A stretch of 64,000 nucleotides of DNA, taken from positions 267,110 to 331,109 of the forward strand of contig MWCT01000001.1 in the NCBI GenBank assembly GCA_002070185.1. The letters run 5' to 3'. The stretch is from a candidate division BRC1 bacterium ADurb.Bin183 (GTDB lineage Bacteria; Sumerlaeota; Sumerlaeia; MWCT01). The notes beneath the pieces were generated by a model. The model was given only the letters and a program-made list of their open reading frames with translations, was not told where the DNA came from and searched no databases. The translations under genes and the position numbers were made by a program. Positions 1 through 9,034 of the stretch are shown here, piece by piece; within the stretch, counting starts at the first letter, position 1; every line of letters starts with the position of its first letter.

Positions 1-72
1 AAAAGGTCCGACCGTCACATCGGAATCAATCTGTGCCTCAGGTGAAATGAGCGCCGTTTGATGTTGTTTCAT
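1..72 (-). CDS. Partial CDS (N-terminal 24 codons; continues beyond the window start): hexapeptide-repeat acyltransferase, LpxA-like
   Basis: Reverse complement of 1..72 reads MKQHQTALISPEAQIDSDVTVGPF with no stop, resembling the N-terminal left-handed beta-helix start of LpxA/LpxD-type acyltransferases. Too short for a firm call. Confidence 0.3.
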   Translation of the reverse strand, partial: MKQHQTALISPEAQIDSDVTVGPF

Positions 73-299
73 AAATCGCTCCAAAAACAAAACAAATCGA
101 ATCTCGCGGTTGTGCATTCAAAAAGATGAGAAATCATAAACAAGCCCTTTCATGGCGTAAAGATTTTTTTCAAAAAATCGCTTCATTTGCAGCTATGAGA
201 TTTCCAGCTGGTCAAAAGGGCAAGCCGTAAAAAAAAGTTGACGAATGGCGGAAGCGGATAAATCTTTTCCTAATTTAATTTTTGCAAAGGTTTTATGAA

Positions 300-2219
300 A
301 TGGAAATAAAAATTACCTTTCCGGATGGAAAGGAACAATCATACCCTGCCGGCGTTACACCCCGCCAGATTGCCGAAGGCATCGGTCCAGGTCTTGCGAA
401 AGCCGCGCTGGCTGCGCAGGTGGACGGACTGAATGTGGATTTGGATGTCCCCATTAACAAGGACGCCGCTTTAAGACTGCTCACCTTCAAAGACCCCGAA
501 GGGCGCGATATTTACCGACACTCCAGCTCGCACATCATGGCGCAGGCGGTGCTGCGGCTCTATCCGAAGGCGCTTCTTGCCATCGGTCCCGCCATTGAGG
601 ACGGTTTTTATTATGACATCGAATTCCCCGAACCTATCACGCCGGAGGCGCTGCCCGCTATCGAAAAGGAGATGGAAAAGATAATCAAGGAGGATATCGT
701 ATTTAAGCGGCGCGAGCTGCCCCGCGATGAGGCAATACGATTTTTTGCAGATGCGGGCAATAAGTTCAAAGTTGAACTTATCCGCGAACTTCCCGACGAC
801 GCCGTTGTCTCCATCTATCATCAGGGCGAATTTGCCGACCTCTGCCGCGGTCCCCACATCCCCAGCACAAAACATCTCAAGGCGTTCAAACTGACCGGGC
901 TGGCGGGCGCATATTGGCGAGGCGATGAAAAACGCGAGATGCTCACGCGCATCTACGGCACATCCTTTGCCGACCCAAAGGAGCTCAAGGAGCATCTTGC
1001 CCTTATTGAAGAAGCCAAAAAACGCGATCATCGCGCGCTGGGCAAAGAACTGGACCTCTTCAGCTTTCACGGCGAAGGTCCGGGTTTTCCTTTTTTCCAT
1101 CACAATGGTCTTGTGCTTTACAACCAGCTCATCTCCTTTTGCCGCGCCGAGCTTTATAAACGCGGTTACATGGAAATCAAAACGCCCATCATCCTGAACG
1201 AGGAACTCTGGCATCGCAGCGGGCACTGGGACCACTATCGCGATAACATGTATTTCACCGATATTGATGAAAAGGCTTATGCCGTCAAACCGATGAACTG
1301 TCCGGGCGGGTTGCTGATTTATCGAAGCCGTCTCCATAGCTACCGCGAGTTTCCCATCAAAGTTGCCGAATTCGGGCAAGTGCATCGCCACGAAAAAAGC
1401 GGCGTCCTGCACGGACTTTTCCGCGTCCGCACCTTCACTCAGGATGATGCCCACGTCTTTTGCCTGCCCGAGCAGCTGGAAGATGAAATCGGCAAACTTG
1501 TGGAATTAATCCTTTATTTTTACAAAGTGTTTGGATTTGAAGATGTGCGGATTGAACTCAGCACCCGCCCCGAATCCTCCATCGGCTCCGATGAGATGTG
1601 GGACAGGGCGACCAGAGCGCTCCAGAACACGCTCGAAAAAATGAAAATTGCGCATAAAATAAATCCGGGCGATGGGGCGTTTTACGGTCCGAAGATAGAC
1701 TTCCATATCCGAGACTGTCTGAAACGCACATGGCAATGCGCCACAATACAGGTGGACTTTTCCATGCCTGAACGTTTTGACCTCACCTATGTGGGCGAGG
1801 ATGGAAAAGAGCATCGCCCTGTGATGATTCACCGCGCTATCTTCGGCTCATTGGAGCGATTTCTCGGCATCCTGATTGAGCATTACGCCGGAAATTTCCC
1901 GCTGTGGCTTGCGCCGGTTCAGGCGGCGGTTCTGCCCATTTCAGAAAAACATTTCGGTTGGGCGGAGGAGGTTCGGAAAAAATTGGAAGAGGCGGGCATC
2001 CGCGCCGCAACGAATCTCTCCGATGAAAAAATCACACGCAAGGTGCGCACGGCGGAGATGCAGAAAATCCCCGCGATGCTGATTGTGGGCGATAAAGAGA
2101 TGGAAAGCCGAAGCGCCGCCGTTCGCCGACACGGCGCCGGCGACTTGGGCGCAAAACCGCTTGAGCAGATTATCTCCGATATGTTGAAGGAAATCGCCGA
2201 AAAGCGCATCAAGCCCTGA
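300..2219 (+). CDS. thrS: Threonine--tRNA ligase (ThrRS)
   Basis: Track ORF 282..2219 begins at TTG; the in-frame ATG at 300 gives MEIKITFPDG, a typical ThrRS TGS-domain start. Class II aaRS core and C-terminal anticodon-binding region are recognisable (e.g. FYYDIEF, MNCPGG, HRA..GS.ERF). Confidence 0.9.
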   Translation: MEIKITFPDGKEQSYPAGVTPRQIAEGIGPGLAKAALAAQVDGLNVDLDVPINKDAALRLLTFKDPEGRDIYRHSSSHIMAQAVLRLYPKALLAIGPAIEDGFYYDIEFPEPITPEALPAIEKEMEKIIKEDIVFKRRELPRDEAIRFFADAGNKFKVELIRELPDDAVVSIYHQGEFADLCRGPHIPSTKHLKAFKLTGLAGAYWRGDEKREMLTRIYGTSFADPKELKEHLALIEEAKKRDHRALGKELDLFSFHGEGPGFPFFHHNGLVLYNQLISFCRAELYKRGYMEIKTPIILNEELWHRSGHWDHYRDNMYFTDIDEKAYAVKPMNCPGGLLIYRSRLHSYREFPIKVAEFGQVHRHEKSGVLHGLFRVRTFTQDDAHVFCLPEQLEDEIGKLVELILYFYKVFGFEDVRIELSTRPESSIGSDEMWDRATRALQNTLEKMKIAHKINPGDGAFYGPKIDFHIRDCLKRTWQCATIQVDFSMPERFDLTYVGEDGKEHRPVMIHRAIFGSLERFLGILIEHYAGNFPLWLAPVQAAVLPISEKHFGWAEEVRKKLEEAGIRAATNLSDEKITRKVRTAEMQKIPAMLIVGDKEMESRSAAVRRHGAGDLGAKPLEQIISDMLKEIAEKRIKP

Positions 2220-2375
2220 AAGGAGGGCGCGCCCATGAAGGAGATGAAATGCGCTCAGACTATCATCGGCGCCGCCTCCCCGAAATCGTTGAGCAAGTTT
2301 TTCGCGCCCTCCGAATTTGGAGGCAGGCGCAATCAGGATATTTCGCTCAATACCTTTTGACGGAGAAAAACAAGG

Positions 2376-3221
2376 ATGATAAAAGGCATTTCCTACTGGG
2401 CGTTTGCGCCGGAGACGGACGGCTCTCCCTGCGATATAACAAAAGCCATGCGCAGGGCAAAGACTCTCGGCTTTGACGCCATTGAATTGACGATTGACAA
2501 CGGGGGGCGTCTTTCCCTTTCGACCACGCAAAAGGAGGCGGAAGCCATCCGCCAAGCCGCCGATGAAATCGGCATCGCCCTCAAGACCGTATGCTCGGGC
2601 ATCGCGTGGGAATGCTCGCCCACACATCCGGATGCCGCCGTTCGAGCGCAGGCTGTGAAGAATGCAAAAAAGATGATTCAGATTGCATCATGGCTCGGCG
2701 CTGAGACGCTGCTCTACATTCCGGGCATGGTGTCTGCGCCGTTTGTGGCGGATTTTATTCCGCAACCTTATGATGCGGTGGACGCCCGCGCCCGCAAGGC
2801 GCTCAGGCAAATCCTTCCCCTTGCCGAAAAATGCGGCGTCCGCCTCGGCGTGGAAAATGTCTGGAACCGCTACCTGCTTACCCCGCTCGAAATGCGCGAT
2901 TTTATTGACTCTTTCGATTCGCCCTTTGTGGGCTCCTATTTCGATGTTGCCAACATTATGCTTTATGGACATCCCGAGCACTGGATTAAAATTCTCGGCA
3001 GGCGCATCTTTGCCGTTCATATCAAAGACTTCAAGGTTGAGGTCGGCAATCTAAACGGATTTGTTGATATTTTAACCGGCGACGTGTATTATCCGGCGGT
3101 TATGCAAATGTTCAAAAAGACTGGATATAAGGGAGCTTTCACAGCGGAAGTTTTCGCCTCCCCAAAGCGCGACATGCCCGCCATAGCCATTCAAGCGCTT
3201 AAAAAAATCGAAGAAATGTAA
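2376..3221 (+). CDS. Sugar phosphate isomerase/epimerase (xylose isomerase-like TIM barrel)
   Basis: 281-aa ORF; GFDAIEL, LGVENVWNRYL and HIKD-type segments match AP endonuclease 2 / xylose isomerase-like TIM-barrel proteins. ATG at 2376. Confidence 0.65.
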   Translation: MIKGISYWAFAPETDGSPCDITKAMRRAKTLGFDAIELTIDNGGRLSLSTTQKEAEAIRQAADEIGIALKTVCSGIAWECSPTHPDAAVRAQAVKNAKKMIQIASWLGAETLLYIPGMVSAPFVADFIPQPYDAVDARARKALRQILPLAEKCGVRLGVENVWNRYLLTPLEMRDFIDSFDSPFVGSYFDVANIMLYGHPEHWIKILGRRIFAVHIKDFKVEVGNLNGFVDILTGDVYYPAVMQMFKKTGYKGAFTAEVFASPKRDMPAIAIQALKKIEEM

Positions 3222-3229
3222 TTAGATTA

Positions 3230-4744
3230 TTATAGCACCTTCAGGACAAGAAGCGTTAAATCATCGGGCTGGGGGCTGTCGCCGATGAAGAGGCGGACTT
3301 CCGATTGAATTTTTTCGAGAAGCGCCTGCGCGCTGAGGGCGTGATTCTCGCGGATAACTTTTACCAGCCGCTCCATCCCGAACATCTCCAGCGCCTTTCC
3401 ATGGCGCGCGCCGCCGTCCGGCGCTTCCGGCGCCGCTTCCGTCACGCCGTCCGTATAGAGCACAAGAACATCGCCCGGCTCAAGTTCCGTCTCGTCCTCT
3501 TTCAAGCGAAATCCGAAATCCCCATTTTCCAAAACTCCCAGAACCGGTCCAAGCGGGTTAAGGTATTTGATGGCGGATTGGGAATGTTGGTAAAGTATGG
3601 GGGGATTATGCCCTGCGTTGGTATAGCGCAGCCATCTTTTTTTCGGGTCAAGCACGCCATAAAAAAGTGTGACAAACATACCCGATGAATTATCCGCCAG
3701 CATCTTTTGATTCACATCCTCCATCACCTCGGCAATGTGCCATGGGCGGGCGCATGCCTTGACGAGGGTGCGGGACATCGCCATGAATATAGCCGCGGGA
3801 ATCCCTTTGCCGGAGACGTCCGCTATAACGATTCCCAACCGCGGGTCAACGATAGGGTTATCAGGAGCGGGAGGGGAATCGCCGGCAATAGCATGCTCCC
3901 GATAGCCGTCCGGCGGTGGCGGATTTTCACTCAACGGGATGAAATCATAAAAATCGCCGCCGATTTCCTTTGCGGGCCACATGTCCGCCGCCATGTCGTA
4001 ACCCGGCAAGGCGGGAGGCGAGGCGGGGAGGATGCTCCGCTGAATTTCGCGGGCGATGAGCAGTTCATGGGATTTGACCTCCAATTCAATTCGCAACGCA
4101 TCTTTTTCAGATTCTATCTCCTTTTCTCTGATAAGGTTGCGAATAATGAAGGCGAAGACGCACATGCCCATTGTGTTGACCACTATCATGGGCGGACCCA
4201 CATTGCTGGCGATTTCAAGGGCGTGGTCAAAGGGTTTGAGGATAATGAGCGCCAGTCCGACATGTCCGATTTCCATAACGGCGGCAAAGACAACAGCCCA
4301 AAAAAAACCGATGAATTTTCCCTTATTCAGTTTATAGACCAGACCGGAGATTAACCCGATAAGGATTGTGGCAAGGGCGCAGTTTAGGCGGGTTTCGCCG
4401 CCCAGAAAATAGCGATGGATTCCGCCCACAAGCCCTGCGCCAAAACCAACAATGGGACCCGCGATAAGTCCGGCGATCATAGGTCCCAAATCCCGAAAGT
4501 TCACAATCGCTTTGTTGGGCATGACGATGCCGGTGTATGTGCCGAAGATGGAAAAGAGTCCGAAAATGATGACGGGGATGATATAGGTTTTCCATGTTGG
4601 ACGGCGTTCCCAGATTTCCGGGATGTGGCGGGTGTGCATGGCAAGGTAGCCCACCAAAGAGATGACAAATATTTTCTGGATTAGGTCAGCCAGAAGTTTG
4701 AAAAGAGCCATGCCTGCATTTTGATCACGGAAAATCTCATCCAT
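3230..4744 (-). CDS. Membrane-anchored PP2C-type serine phosphatase (RsbU/SpoIIE-like) with N-terminal 5TM LytS-type domain
   Basis: N-terminal ~190 aa contain several hydrophobic helices (5TMR-LYT-like). C-terminal half carries PP2C motifs GGDFYDF, IADVSGKGIPAA and LYTDGVTEA. Confidence 0.75.
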   Translation of the reverse strand: MDEIFRDQNAGMALFKLLADLIQKIFVISLVGYLAMHTRHIPEIWERRPTWKTYIIPVIIFGLFSIFGTYTGIVMPNKAIVNFRDLGPMIAGLIAGPIVGFGAGLVGGIHRYFLGGETRLNCALATILIGLISGLVYKLNKGKFIGFFWAVVFAAVMEIGHVGLALIILKPFDHALEIASNVGPPMIVVNTMGMCVFAFIIRNLIREKEIESEKDALRIELEVKSHELLIAREIQRSILPASPPALPGYDMAADMWPAKEIGGDFYDFIPLSENPPPPDGYREHAIAGDSPPAPDNPIVDPRLGIVIADVSGKGIPAAIFMAMSRTLVKACARPWHIAEVMEDVNQKMLADNSSGMFVTLFYGVLDPKKRWLRYTNAGHNPPILYQHSQSAIKYLNPLGPVLGVLENGDFGFRLKEDETELEPGDVLVLYTDGVTEAAPEAPDGGARHGKALEMFGMERLVKVIRENHALSAQALLEKIQSEVRLFIGDSPQPDDLTLLVLKVL

Positions 4745-4776
4745 GATGGCGCCTCTTCAATCTTGGCTTCCTCGTT

Positions 4777-5646
4777 TTAGAACGAGGTTTTGAGGTTGGA
4801 AAGGTGCTTCTGGGCGCGGTCAATGTGTTTCTGGTCGCCCACCGACTGGCTGAGCTCAAGAACCTTTTCCCATGTTTCAATCGCTTTTGAGCGCCAAGAG
4901 GGGCGTTTTTCATAAACAATTGCCAGATTGTTATAGGCTGGGAGAAATTCGGGGTCAATCTTGATGGCGTCCAGATAATGCTCCACCGCCTTTTCGTAAT
5001 CGCCCTGCCGCATTAACTCCACCGCTTTGCGGCATAATTCATCCACCAAGTCTTTGGTGGAGCGTCCGGGAACGGCTGAGGGCGCGCCTGAAGCGGGCGG
5101 GGGAGATGGCTCCGCTTTTGGCGGATAGGACGGAGCGACGGCGGTGGGGGACATAGAGTCGGGAGTTAAGACGATTGGCGGCGTGGCGGAGGCGGGTTTT
5201 TTGGGGAGCACCTCCTCTGTAGGTCCCGCTATTTTTACCGGTGTTTTGCGAGTGACGGCGGGTTCATCTTCGCCGAGGTGCTTGATTAAATACTCTTTCA
5301 CCACCAGCGTTCGCCGGAGCAATTCCGCCTCAGAGCCGGTTAGGATGTCAAAAATGCTTTGCAGTTTGGATACAAAAAGGATATCGCTGACGCTGTTGGA
5401 TGGGGAAATGAGAACCACGCGCGCCTTGTTTTTGTTGGCGGTCATCTTGAGCCCGACGAGCACGCCCAGTCCGGCGCTGTCAATGAAGTCCACGTTTGAA
5501 AGGTCAACATAAACCTGATTAATCCCTTTATCAATAAGGGAAACAGCGGCGTTTTTGAGCTGCTCACAATAATCAAGAACCACACGCCCTTGAATATCAA
5601 TATACAGGTTATTGTTGGTTCTATAGATATTGATGTCCATGCGCAC
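4777..5646 (-). CDS. STAS-domain anti-sigma-factor antagonist fused to a C-terminal TPR domain
   Basis: N-terminus has the STAS signature VDLSNVDFIDSAGLGVLVGL, followed by a Pro/Ala-rich linker and a TPR-like C-terminus (YEKAVEHYLDAIKIDPEFLPAYNNLAIVY). Ends 32 nt upstream of the PP2C gene on the same strand. Confidence 0.7.
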   Translation of the reverse strand: MRMDINIYRTNNNLYIDIQGRVVLDYCEQLKNAAVSLIDKGINQVYVDLSNVDFIDSAGLGVLVGLKMTANKNKARVVLISPSNSVSDILFVSKLQSIFDILTGSEAELLRRTLVVKEYLIKHLGEDEPAVTRKTPVKIAGPTEEVLPKKPASATPPIVLTPDSMSPTAVAPSYPPKAEPSPPPASGAPSAVPGRSTKDLVDELCRKAVELMRQGDYEKAVEHYLDAIKIDPEFLPAYNNLAIVYEKRPSWRSKAIETWEKVLELSQSVGDQKHIDRAQKHLSNLKTSF

Positions 5647-5674
5647 CTGCCCTTTCCTTCCCCGAGGGGATGCG

Positions 5675-5848
5675 TCAATCTTTTGCTATGGGCTTTGCCC
5701 GCTCAATAAGAAGTTCTGGAATTCCGTCAGTTATCGGGTATTCCAGCCGGCATGAACCGCACGCAAGGGCATCGTTTTCTTTTTTCCATTCGAGCCGTCC
5801 CTTGCATTTGGGACATGCCAATATTTCCAATAATTCTTTAGAAATCAT
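5675..5848 (-). CDS. Trm112-like small protein (UPF0434/YcaR family), 57 aa
   Basis: Not in the supplied track (under 60 aa). My hand translation of the reverse strand gives MISKELLEILACPKCKGRLEWKKENDALACGSCRLEYPITDGIPELLIERAKPIAKD, with the CPxC...PI.DGIP pattern of Trm112/YcaR proteins. Confidence 0.6.
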   Translation of the reverse strand: MISKELLEILACPKCKGRLEWKKENDALACGSCRLEYPITDGIPELLIERAKPIAKD

Positions 5849-5883
5849 TCAACCCTCCGTTTCAAGACCTTTGCCCGCTCTGA

Positions 5884-7284
5884 CTAAATCCCTTCCTCCC
5901 TTTGCATGTGCATAACGCCCGGGGGAATGGCTCCAGGGGGCGGCGGCGCCGCCTCGCCAAGTCCGGGCGGCGGAGGAACGGGCGCTGCCGCCACGCCGCT
6001 TTCGCTTGGTTTTTCTTCCCAGATGGTATCCAGATCCACGACCACACCCTCAACCATGCGGAGGACGTTGAGAAAGGCGTAGGCGTCCAGAACGCCTTCC
6101 CGTTCTTTTATGGTGTTGATAATCAGCGAATCGAGCTCGTAAGAACGGGAGACGTGGGAGACGTTGTAAAGGAAGTGGGTGATGTTGAAGTTTGAGCCGG
6201 TGAATCTCATTAGGATTGGAATTCCTGTGGCGATGATGTTTTGCGGAGGGGGCGCCTGCGCTCCGAGAGAAGCGGGGCGCGGTCGTCCAATCATGCCGAC
6301 TCTGCCGCCTTCGCCCATTTCGCCGTGCATCATCATCAAGTATTCGGGGTCTTCCGCCATCGCGAAAGGCATCGCTTCCGGCATAGGCGCGTTTTGTTCG
6401 CCCGGTTCAGGTGTTTCGCCGGGTTTGGGCGGTTCTTTGATAATATTCATTTCCTTCAGTTGCACTTCTGTTATGTCCTCAATCTTGTTAGTTTCCGCCA
6501 TTTGGATAATATCGTTGAGGGCGAAGAGTTGTTTATTGAGAGCCAGAAGGTCGTCATTGGGATAGGAAAGACGGAGAAATTCCTGAATCTGTTCGTCGGT
6601 GAATTTAATATCTTTAGGTTTGGCGCTGATGATGAGTTTGTAATGGCATTCGCGATTAATCAAAGGAACAAATTTGCCGTATTTATTGAGCCCCTCAATG
6701 GCGGGTTCATCAATGCCGATTTCCTCAAGGAGTTTGCTATACTGGCGCAAATTCTGGTCGCGGACGTTGGGGTTGTCCACGACCTTCAAAATGGCGCTGA
6801 TACCGCTGAGCGAACTCATAACGTCCCAAAGACGTTCGGGGCGTTTTCGGATATTTTCCGGCAGCTCGCGCGGGAGGTTCCATCCTTTTTCGCCGATAAA
6901 GCTGAGTTTTGTATTTTTTAAAGAATCCTGAAACCCGAGAAGAGTATCAATGCATTTTGTAAATTCCTCTTGGCGTTTTTTGATGGCTTCCGGGCTGGGG
7001 TCAATATAAGTTTTGGGAAGGTCTATTCTTAATTGTTCAATGACATCCTCGAATTCTTTTTTGTTCGTATCAACGCGGGCTTCGACCTTTTTTAATTCCT
7101 CAGGATTTTTTACCTTCGGGATAACCTGCTCATAGTTATCGCGGGAAGATTTCCAGTCATTCATGACAAGGGTGTATTCTGTGGCTTTGCGGGAAAAGAC
7201 CATGAAATGAAGACCGGCAAGAAAAAGAATTGTGGCAATTAAGCCAAACACCTTTTTCTCTCGATTGCGTAATACCATCTTCAT
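5884..7284 (-). CDS. Hypothetical membrane-anchored protein with Pro-rich C-terminus
   Basis: Track ORF starts at TTG 7305; the ATG at 7284 (MKMVLRN...) has an AGGAG upstream. One N-terminal hydrophobic helix, a coiled-coil-like middle and a PPPPG-rich tail. No family recognised. Confidence 0.45.
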   Translation of the reverse strand: MKMVLRNREKKVFGLIATILFLAGLHFMVFSRKATEYTLVMNDWKSSRDNYEQVIPKVKNPEELKKVEARVDTNKKEFEDVIEQLRIDLPKTYIDPSPEAIKKRQEEFTKCIDTLLGFQDSLKNTKLSFIGEKGWNLPRELPENIRKRPERLWDVMSSLSGISAILKVVDNPNVRDQNLRQYSKLLEEIGIDEPAIEGLNKYGKFVPLINRECHYKLIISAKPKDIKFTDEQIQEFLRLSYPNDDLLALNKQLFALNDIIQMAETNKIEDITEVQLKEMNIIKEPPKPGETPEPGEQNAPMPEAMPFAMAEDPEYLMMMHGEMGEGGRVGMIGRPRPASLGAQAPPPQNIIATGIPILMRFTGSNFNITHFLYNVSHVSRSYELDSLIINTIKEREGVLDAYAFLNVLRMVEGVVVDLDTIWEEKPSESGVAAAPVPPPPGLGEAAPPPPGAIPPGVMHMQREEGI

Positions 7285-7495
7285 GGGATGACATCTCCTT
7301 ATCAAAAACCGTCTTTTCTGCGGCGGTTTTCAAAAGTGCAAATATTTTGGCAAACTTCATTCACATATACCAGACGATTGTAAACGCGTTGCCTGCTCCG
7401 TTGTCAATAAAATATTGTTGGGTTCTTGGGTCACCTTGATTTTTCAAAAAAATAGATGTGTCCGTTGGAAGATGAAAAATGGGAGAAGGCGGAGG

Positions 7496-7530
7496 AATCT
7501 GGGCATGGCATGCCGCACGCGCCGACAGCG
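7496..7530. repeat. 35-nt motif, copy A of an imperfect direct repeat (31/35 identical to 11954..11988)
   Basis: aatctgggcatggcatgccgcacgcgccgacagcg versus aatccgggcatggcttgccgcatgcgccggcagcg. Both copies are intergenic and in the same orientation. Confidence 0.6.
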
Positions 7531-7617
7531 TGAATAAAAGCCCCGCCGATGTTTTGTTTGGCTCATCATCGGAGACTCTTTCTTTAAATGGTTTGTTGAT
7601 TTACTCCATGTATTTTA

Positions 7618-8886
7618 TTAATTATTTTGAGACGGTTTTGCGGAGGAAATAAGGAACAGTCTGCCGGTGCCGGCGGGTATAAATAACTGCACGCCCGGAA
7701 GTTTGGGGCTGCTGTCCCGAACGGTGATTTCCTCGCCAGATATCTTATCAATCTCACAAACTTGAGACATGTCGGATCTAAATTCCACTGTGGGCCAGGC
7801 GTTGTAAGCAATATGATAATTGTTTATCAAAACGGCTTGCCTACCGTCGGCATGTTTAAAAACGCCAACAAGATAATCCATATCAGGGTCTTCCTTGGAC
7901 TTTGATATTCGTTTTAAAGGCGTGCTGGTTAGGATGTCTTCAGAATTGCAGCCGGGAGGGATTCGATAGACGTCTGTGCTTGTGAGCTGCATGATGACGG
8001 CGCCGAGGTTTTTCAACTCTCCATTAATTCGCAATGCCTCATCATAGTGGTGAGTCTGGGTTCCATCAATAGCGATAATGGCGCCGCCTTTTGGAAATTC
8101 ATCCCCCGTGGGAGTGAAGTAACAAAAATAAAGAACGCCCTTTGCGCCATAAGCTAAAGAGGTGTATATCTGCCATCTAATTTGCGCTTCTGTGGGGTCG
8201 GTATGAGATCCGTAGGGCATAACGTTGAAAAAATTCCAAAAAGGGATGTTAAACTTAAGAGAGTATTTTCGCATTGTTTCAAGGTTGCTACAATAAAGAT
8301 CCCTGCCATCGCCATCAGGTCTGAAAATGGGGTAATGATCCATGCAAAGGACATCGGGATTCACAATTTTCATAAAATCAGATATATATTTCTCATAGGT
8401 ATTTTTTCCGAGCATACCAGAATTGGCGTAATTCGGATAGAGATTGATGAAGGATAGCTTGCCCGGATAACGTTCCCTATTTTTCTCAACCTTGCGAGCC
8501 AGATTTTTAAAATCAGCAGCAGAAGGCTCGTCTTTCAACAAATACCCCCAACAAGCAGAAGAAGAAGTTGGATAGTCTTCGGCATTTAAACCCCGCGTTC
8601 TAACAAGGGTTTTTAAATTATATTTTTCACAAAGTTCAAGTTGTTTATAGATTTCCTTAGGTGTTCTTGCTTTGACGCCAACCACCAGTGTAAAATTGGC
8701 ATCGGCAATTTCCTTATAACGCACGTCCGCTTTTTCGTCTAAGGGCGGATCTACCCAGAAACCGATTGCAAACCGATCCTGATGAAATCGGGCAATTTCC
8801 TCAGCAAGGGCGGGGTTTAAGAAATTGCAAATATACAGGAAGCATAGTGCAAATGCGATGGCTAATAAAAATAAATTTTTAGTCAA
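7618..8886 (-). CDS. Secreted glycoside hydrolase-like protein (TIM-barrel type, family uncertain)
   Basis: 422-aa ORF with an N-terminal signal peptide (MTKNLFLLAIAFALCFLY...ALA). Composition and motifs (GFWVDPP, LCMDHYP) suggest a GH-like TIM barrel. Visibly more AT-rich than flanking genes. Confidence 0.4.
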   Translation of the reverse strand: MTKNLFLLAIAFALCFLYICNFLNPALAEEIARFHQDRFAIGFWVDPPLDEKADVRYKEIADANFTLVVGVKARTPKEIYKQLELCEKYNLKTLVRTRGLNAEDYPTSSSACWGYLLKDEPSAADFKNLARKVEKNRERYPGKLSFINLYPNYANSGMLGKNTYEKYISDFMKIVNPDVLCMDHYPIFRPDGDGRDLYCSNLETMRKYSLKFNIPFWNFFNVMPYGSHTDPTEAQIRWQIYTSLAYGAKGVLYFCYFTPTGDEFPKGGAIIAIDGTQTHHYDEALRINGELKNLGAVIMQLTSTDVYRIPPGCNSEDILTSTPLKRISKSKEDPDMDYLVGVFKHADGRQAVLINNYHIAYNAWPTVEFRSDMSQVCEIDKISGEEITVRDSSPKLPGVQLFIPAGTGRLFLISSAKPSQNN

Positions 8887-9034
8887 TGGACTTCTCTTTC
8901 ATTTTAGAATTCGACTCATATATTGATCATTTCGTTTGGAAGAGTGAAAGTATGGGGAGCAGATTTAAATTTTCCTAGATTCTGCAAAATAGCGATAAAA
9001 ATAAAAACTTCCAATCGCTCTGAGAATCGCCGGG

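Noticed and set aside
471-1454. 327-aa ORF on the minus strand inside thrS (also 1941..2627 minus)
   Set aside because: Antisense to a confidently recognised ThrRS gene; long antisense ORFs are expected in GC-rich DNA. No recognisable motifs.
6241-6921. 226-aa plus-strand ORF
   Set aside because: Lies wholly inside the longer minus-strand ORF 5884..7284, which has an RBS and a signal anchor. Translation is Arg/His-rich and low complexity.
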